64,000 bases of DNA from Squalus acanthias (lineage: Eukaryota). Shown here one piece after another: positions 60,344 to 64,000 of the stretch. The stretch lies in contig CM059438.1 in assembly GCA_030390025.1 (NCBI GenBank), forward strand, positions 10,850,001 through 10,914,000. Direction: 5' to 3'. Positions within the stretch are counted from its first letter, which is position 1. Every line of letters begins with the position of its first letter. Below the pieces are notes generated by a model. The model saw only the letters and a list, made by a program, of their open reading frames with translations. It was not told where the DNA came from and did not search any database. Made by a program: the position numbers and the translations under genes.

Positions 60344-62799
60344 CTTGCATTTATAAGGGGCCAGAATTGGAGGAGCACAGAGATCTCAGAGGGTTGTAGG
60401 GTTGGAAAGGGTTAGAGAGATAGGGAGGTACGAGGCCAGTGTGGGATTTGAAAACAAGGATGAGAATTTTAAAATGTGGGTCAGCGAGCACAGGGGTGAT
60501 GGGTGAACGGGACTACAGTGAAACAAGAACTGCACTGAAGCACGAAAGCGCCAGTGATACCTTTAGCATGTGGCGCAACAATGATCTCACTTTCCACCAG
60601 ATTCACAAACACGTCGTAGATGTCTGGACGGTCAGTCACCTTTAAGTCTGTGAAACCAGCTACGTAACCTGAGTGTGAAATGAATACAACTGTTAGAACT
60701 GTTTTCAAAGTCTCTGGATGTTTACCCTCTATTATAGAGGAAACTAGTAGGGTTTGCTGCTTGATGAAAGGACACCTTACACATTCCACACTTAGTCAAA
60801 GGGATTTCCCTATCAAGTTACTGCAGCTCAAAGTGGAACTAGATATTTCAGGATTGGCACAACAACAAAAAAGTTCTTGTATGTAGATTTGAAAAAAACA
60901 ATATTCCTACCAGTGCAAGTCTTCAAGGCCTCTAGCTCATCTTGATTTAAATGCACATAAGGATGAAGTATTGACCAATCCTGCCTGTGCCAAATTAATG
61001 TAGGCAAAGTCCTGGAATACGATATAAAAAAGTTAAATGAATATATCTTGCATCTAGCAAACATCTGCCACACTTCTGCCACCATACACTGAAGTGTCAA
61101 ACTATATTTTTTAAAAGGAGAAATAAAACCAGTTATTTCCCTCTGGTTTTCCTGGCCTCTCCGCAAGGACAAGAGTCAGGGATCTACAAGCAAATGCCAA
61201 TTTACAGAACGTTCCCCAGCTATTAGCTTCTAGACGACCTCAGGATGCACCTACTTGCACCACTTCTCCATTTGGAGTGCCTCGGCATTGTCCATTAAAA
61301 TCGCGGGCAAAATGTCCAGAGATGAGTGATGGAAAGATTGTGTCAAATTGTTATGGCAGCCAAAAGAGTTGGTTTAGGTGGTGTGGAATATAGAATGCAA
61401 ACGCTGCGAAACACTATGTGCCATTATTTGTTCCCTGCGTGTTGTTTTTACCTGGTAAACTCCTGCAATGCTTCTATGCGAGGATGATAGACCACAATTC
61501 TCTTCTTTAGCATCAGTGCAGTGTACAGGATGATGGTTTCCATTCCAAACTGATTTACTACATCTAGAAAAAAAATGCATTTCATTGAAAACAAAACTTC
61601 CCCGTCTGTTTCGCACCATCACCAGAAAAAAGCTTTGTTTAATAGCCCAAAATAAAATATGGCTGTTGTGGAAAGTCTAAAACTCCTAGCTCCCCTGAAA
61701 GGAACCACTTGGTATTGCAAGTTTGATTCCCAGTCTTTGTTGAGTTATCTAGTTTCAGTGGTGGCATGAGTTGAGGCCTCAGCATTCCTGGGCAAGGGAG
61801 GGGGGGTAAACATCAACTATGGTCCCCATTCTGATTGCTGTCCATTTTCCCTTGCTGGGATATTTGCATGGGTGGATGCCTGGTGTGGACAGGACTGAGC
61901 TCATCTGTATTATTCTCCACAGTGGAATGGTCTACCCACACTCACTATCTAGGCTGATATATCAAGAATGGTCATGTGGATGCGATATCAGAGGGCAGCT
62001 GGTGGCCATCTACTTTCAAGAGAGGCTGGGTGTAAAATTAAAAAAAAAAAATAGTTGCTTAACTATGGAAAATGGATCATCATATGTAAAATAGTTAAGT
62101 TAAAATAAAGGCAGTTCAAAAATAAACAATTTCTCTAATAAAATGTACGAGTTTAAATAAGTTTGAAGTAAATGTTCCTATTACTTGTGGTTTAATGTTA
62201 ATTATAAATTGCCATTTTTGACACAATAGCTTAATATATCAATGGTTTAAAGATCTGCTTGGCAAAAAGTGACACAGTACTGTATCTAACACATTTCAAG
62301 ATCACCACAGATCAGACATTAACACATATAGGTGACCATATTTGCTCAGAATGAACATATTCCCATATACTCTACGTTGCTTGTTGCATAAGAACAACTG
62401 GATAAAGGGAACAAGCTCTTTCCCTAAACAACTGTCCCATCTAAGAGCTTTATCTTGCCCTTGGCTCCTGGTGACTGCAGTGCTCCAGGACAACGCACCA
62501 TGCCACATATCATAACGCAAGAGGAAGTGCAGACAAGGTCAGAGAGCAATATCACTGGACTGGATTGGACCTCAACCCCACTCAACACTTTTGGAAGAGC
62601 TGGATCCTTTGTTTACGTCATAACATAAAGCATAACTTTTATGTGTTTACCTTTAATGGAACCAGCAAGATATGCCTTTTTAGCATCATAATCCTTTGTC
62701 AGAAATGACCCATTCTCTTCATTTTGACAGATGCCATTGGTAAGAACAGAAATATAACCTTCCATCATCCTGGCCGGGTTACCATATTTCATGTACATC
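55754..62799 (-). CDS. DENND10: DENN domain-containing protein 10 (FAM45A), last six coding exons; 5' part lies beyond the right edge
   Basis: complement(join(55754-55924,59370-59464,60561-60668,60911-61011,61452-61563,62651-62799)). All GT-AG with compatible phases; closely matches the recalled human protein throughout (e.g. [41 protein letters not shown]). Confidence 0.95.
55983..57867. mobile_element. Harbinger-like MITE carrying a nested CR1
   Basis: Perfect 12-bp TIR GGCCCTGAATTC/GAATTCAGGGCC. Confidence 0.65.
56524..57496 (-). mobile_element. Young CR1 3' ~1 kb (RT with FADDTKL)
   Basis: ORFs 57200-57469 ([12 protein letters not shown]) and 56611-57258; one frameshift/deletion between them. 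Confidence 0.93.
59370..59464 (-). CDS. DENND10: DENND10 exon ([32 protein letters not shown])
   Basis: catag|...|gtgatt, 95 nt. Confidence 0.94.
60045..60515 (-). mobile_element. L2 3' fragment, interrupted by (GAAA)n plus a short SINE tail at 60313-60355
   Basis: Same family as 27428-27900 and 29805-29980. Confidence 0.75.
60561..60668 (-). CDS. DENND10: DENND10 exon ([36 protein letters not shown])
   Basis: ctcag|...|gtatca, 108 nt. Confidence 0.95.
60911..61011 (-). CDS. DENND10: DENND10 exon ([33 protein letters not shown])
   Basis: tccag|...|gtagga, 101 nt. Confidence 0.95.
61452..61563 (-). CDS. DENND10: DENND10 exon ([38 protein letters not shown])
   Basis: ttctag|...|gtaaaa, 112 nt. 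Confidence 0.95.
62651..62799 (-). CDS. DENND10: DENND10 exon ([49 protein letters not shown])
   Basis: ctgaag|...|gtaaac, 149 nt. Confidence 0.95.
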
Positions 62800-63565
62800 C
62801 TTCAGAAAAAAGATCAAAATTATTAGACTTAATAATTAAATTGATGAACTTTTTTCTTAGAAGAAATGTTTGTTTTTAATGAATGGAACAGTACAGAGGG
62901 ACACTACTTTCTCTCATATGAAAAGGTTTCTTTTTCAAGTGAGAACCACTCTCAGGAACTCAAAGTTTCATCTTTCTAAATTGCAAAAGCCAATTCATTT
63001 TCAAATTCAAGTTTCTGACTGAAATTGAGCTTGATGTATACCACCAGGCAAGTGCATTTCGAGCCAATTTGTATCAATCATGCACTATCTATCCGACCAG
63101 CAAGATATTAAATACATAATTCAAAAACTCCCAATATCATTCTGTTGGACCACATAATGTAGTAGAGAGAACAAAGCCAGTGACTGTTTGGCAGGGCTGT
63201 AATACACAGCATCACAGGGTCATTGTAGAGCAACACAAAAACAACCCTGTGATGCTGTTGCCTAATCATGGCAATCACTCGCTATCAATTAGTCTACAAC
63301 AGACCCAGGTTTGAGGTTAGGAAAAACCCCAGTGGTGGAAAGCTTTGGGAACCATAGGCCCAAAGTCACTAGTTCCTCCCAGGCCTGATACAGTTACCAT
63401 ATGCCATGTCTGAAAATACTCATATACTGAATCCTGAAATATTATTTTCTGAAAGAAATCTATCTAATTTGCATTTGAATGAATCAATACTGTCTGCTTC
63501 CACTGTCTCCCTAGGAAGCCTGTTATATAGCTGTACCACTCGCTCACAGAAATAATGGTCCCAAG

Positions 63566-63705
63566 GCTAAGGGGATCAAGGGATATGAGGAGAAAGCAGG
63601 GACAGGTTACTGAATTTGGATGATCAGCCATGATCGCATTGAATGGCGGAGCAGGCTCGAGGGGCCGAATGGCCTATTCCTGCTCCTATCTTCGATGTTT
63701 CTATG
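63566..63705 (+). mobile_element. CR1/HE1-type 3' end
   Basis: GGGATCAAGGGATATG...GGCCGAATGGCCTATTCCTGCTCCTAT. Confidence 0.8.
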
Positions 63706-64000
63706 ATATTTGCGGGGAGGGTGCGGGTGAGGCTGAGAACGGCCGAAGAACCCAGCAAGGCCGGAAAGTCCTGCCGATCTTAACGGCGGGGCCTCATTTG
63801 CATCTTGTACCTCCGCCTCCCGCCCGACAGCCGGGTAAATGGACAGCCTGGATAACAGGTGGAAGGCTACACCAGCGAGAAGAATTCACAGCCGGGGACT
63901 CTTGGGGACAGTCCAAACAATCGGGAAAATGGGTGTGGAGGTCAGCAATTGGAAGGTGGGGAAGATGCTCCGGTCGGCAATTGGGAAGAGGAGAGGCCTG

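Overview
Vertebrate nuclear DNA, most likely from an elasmobranch (shark), judged by HE1/V-SINE, SacSINE1-type Deu-SINE, abundant CR1 and Penelope repeats. Three spliced protein-coding genes were reconstructed by hand. (1) The 5' end of GPAM (mitochondrial glycerol-3-phosphate acyltransferase 1) lies on the minus strand: coding exons 1287-1186 and 189-67, running off the left edge, with candidate 5'UTR exons at about 25.6 kb and 17.5 kb. (2) A complete 14-exon SFXN4 (sideroflexin-4) lies on the plus strand at 26923-47628 and encodes 320 aa. (3) The last six exons of DENND10/FAM45A lie on the minus strand at 62799-55754, tail-to-tail with SFXN4. GPAM and SFXN4 are head-to-head across a CpG-rich region. 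Between their likely first exons is the most striking element: a 25-copy, 32/30-bp tandem array in which every unit carries a same-orientation CTCF-like motif (CCGCAGGGTGGCGCTG). A second ~33-bp minisatellite lies just left of it. Introns are filled with CR1/L2 LINE fragments, several SINE families, PIF/Harbinger- and Tigger-like MITEs, Penelope remnants with hammerhead-ribozyme cores (including a perfect 86-bp-arm palindrome), and one degenerate tRNA-Gly(TCC). Most ORFs in the supplied track are repeat-derived or spurious. Gene and repeat identities rest on recalled homologue sequences, not database searches; repeat boundaries are approximate.
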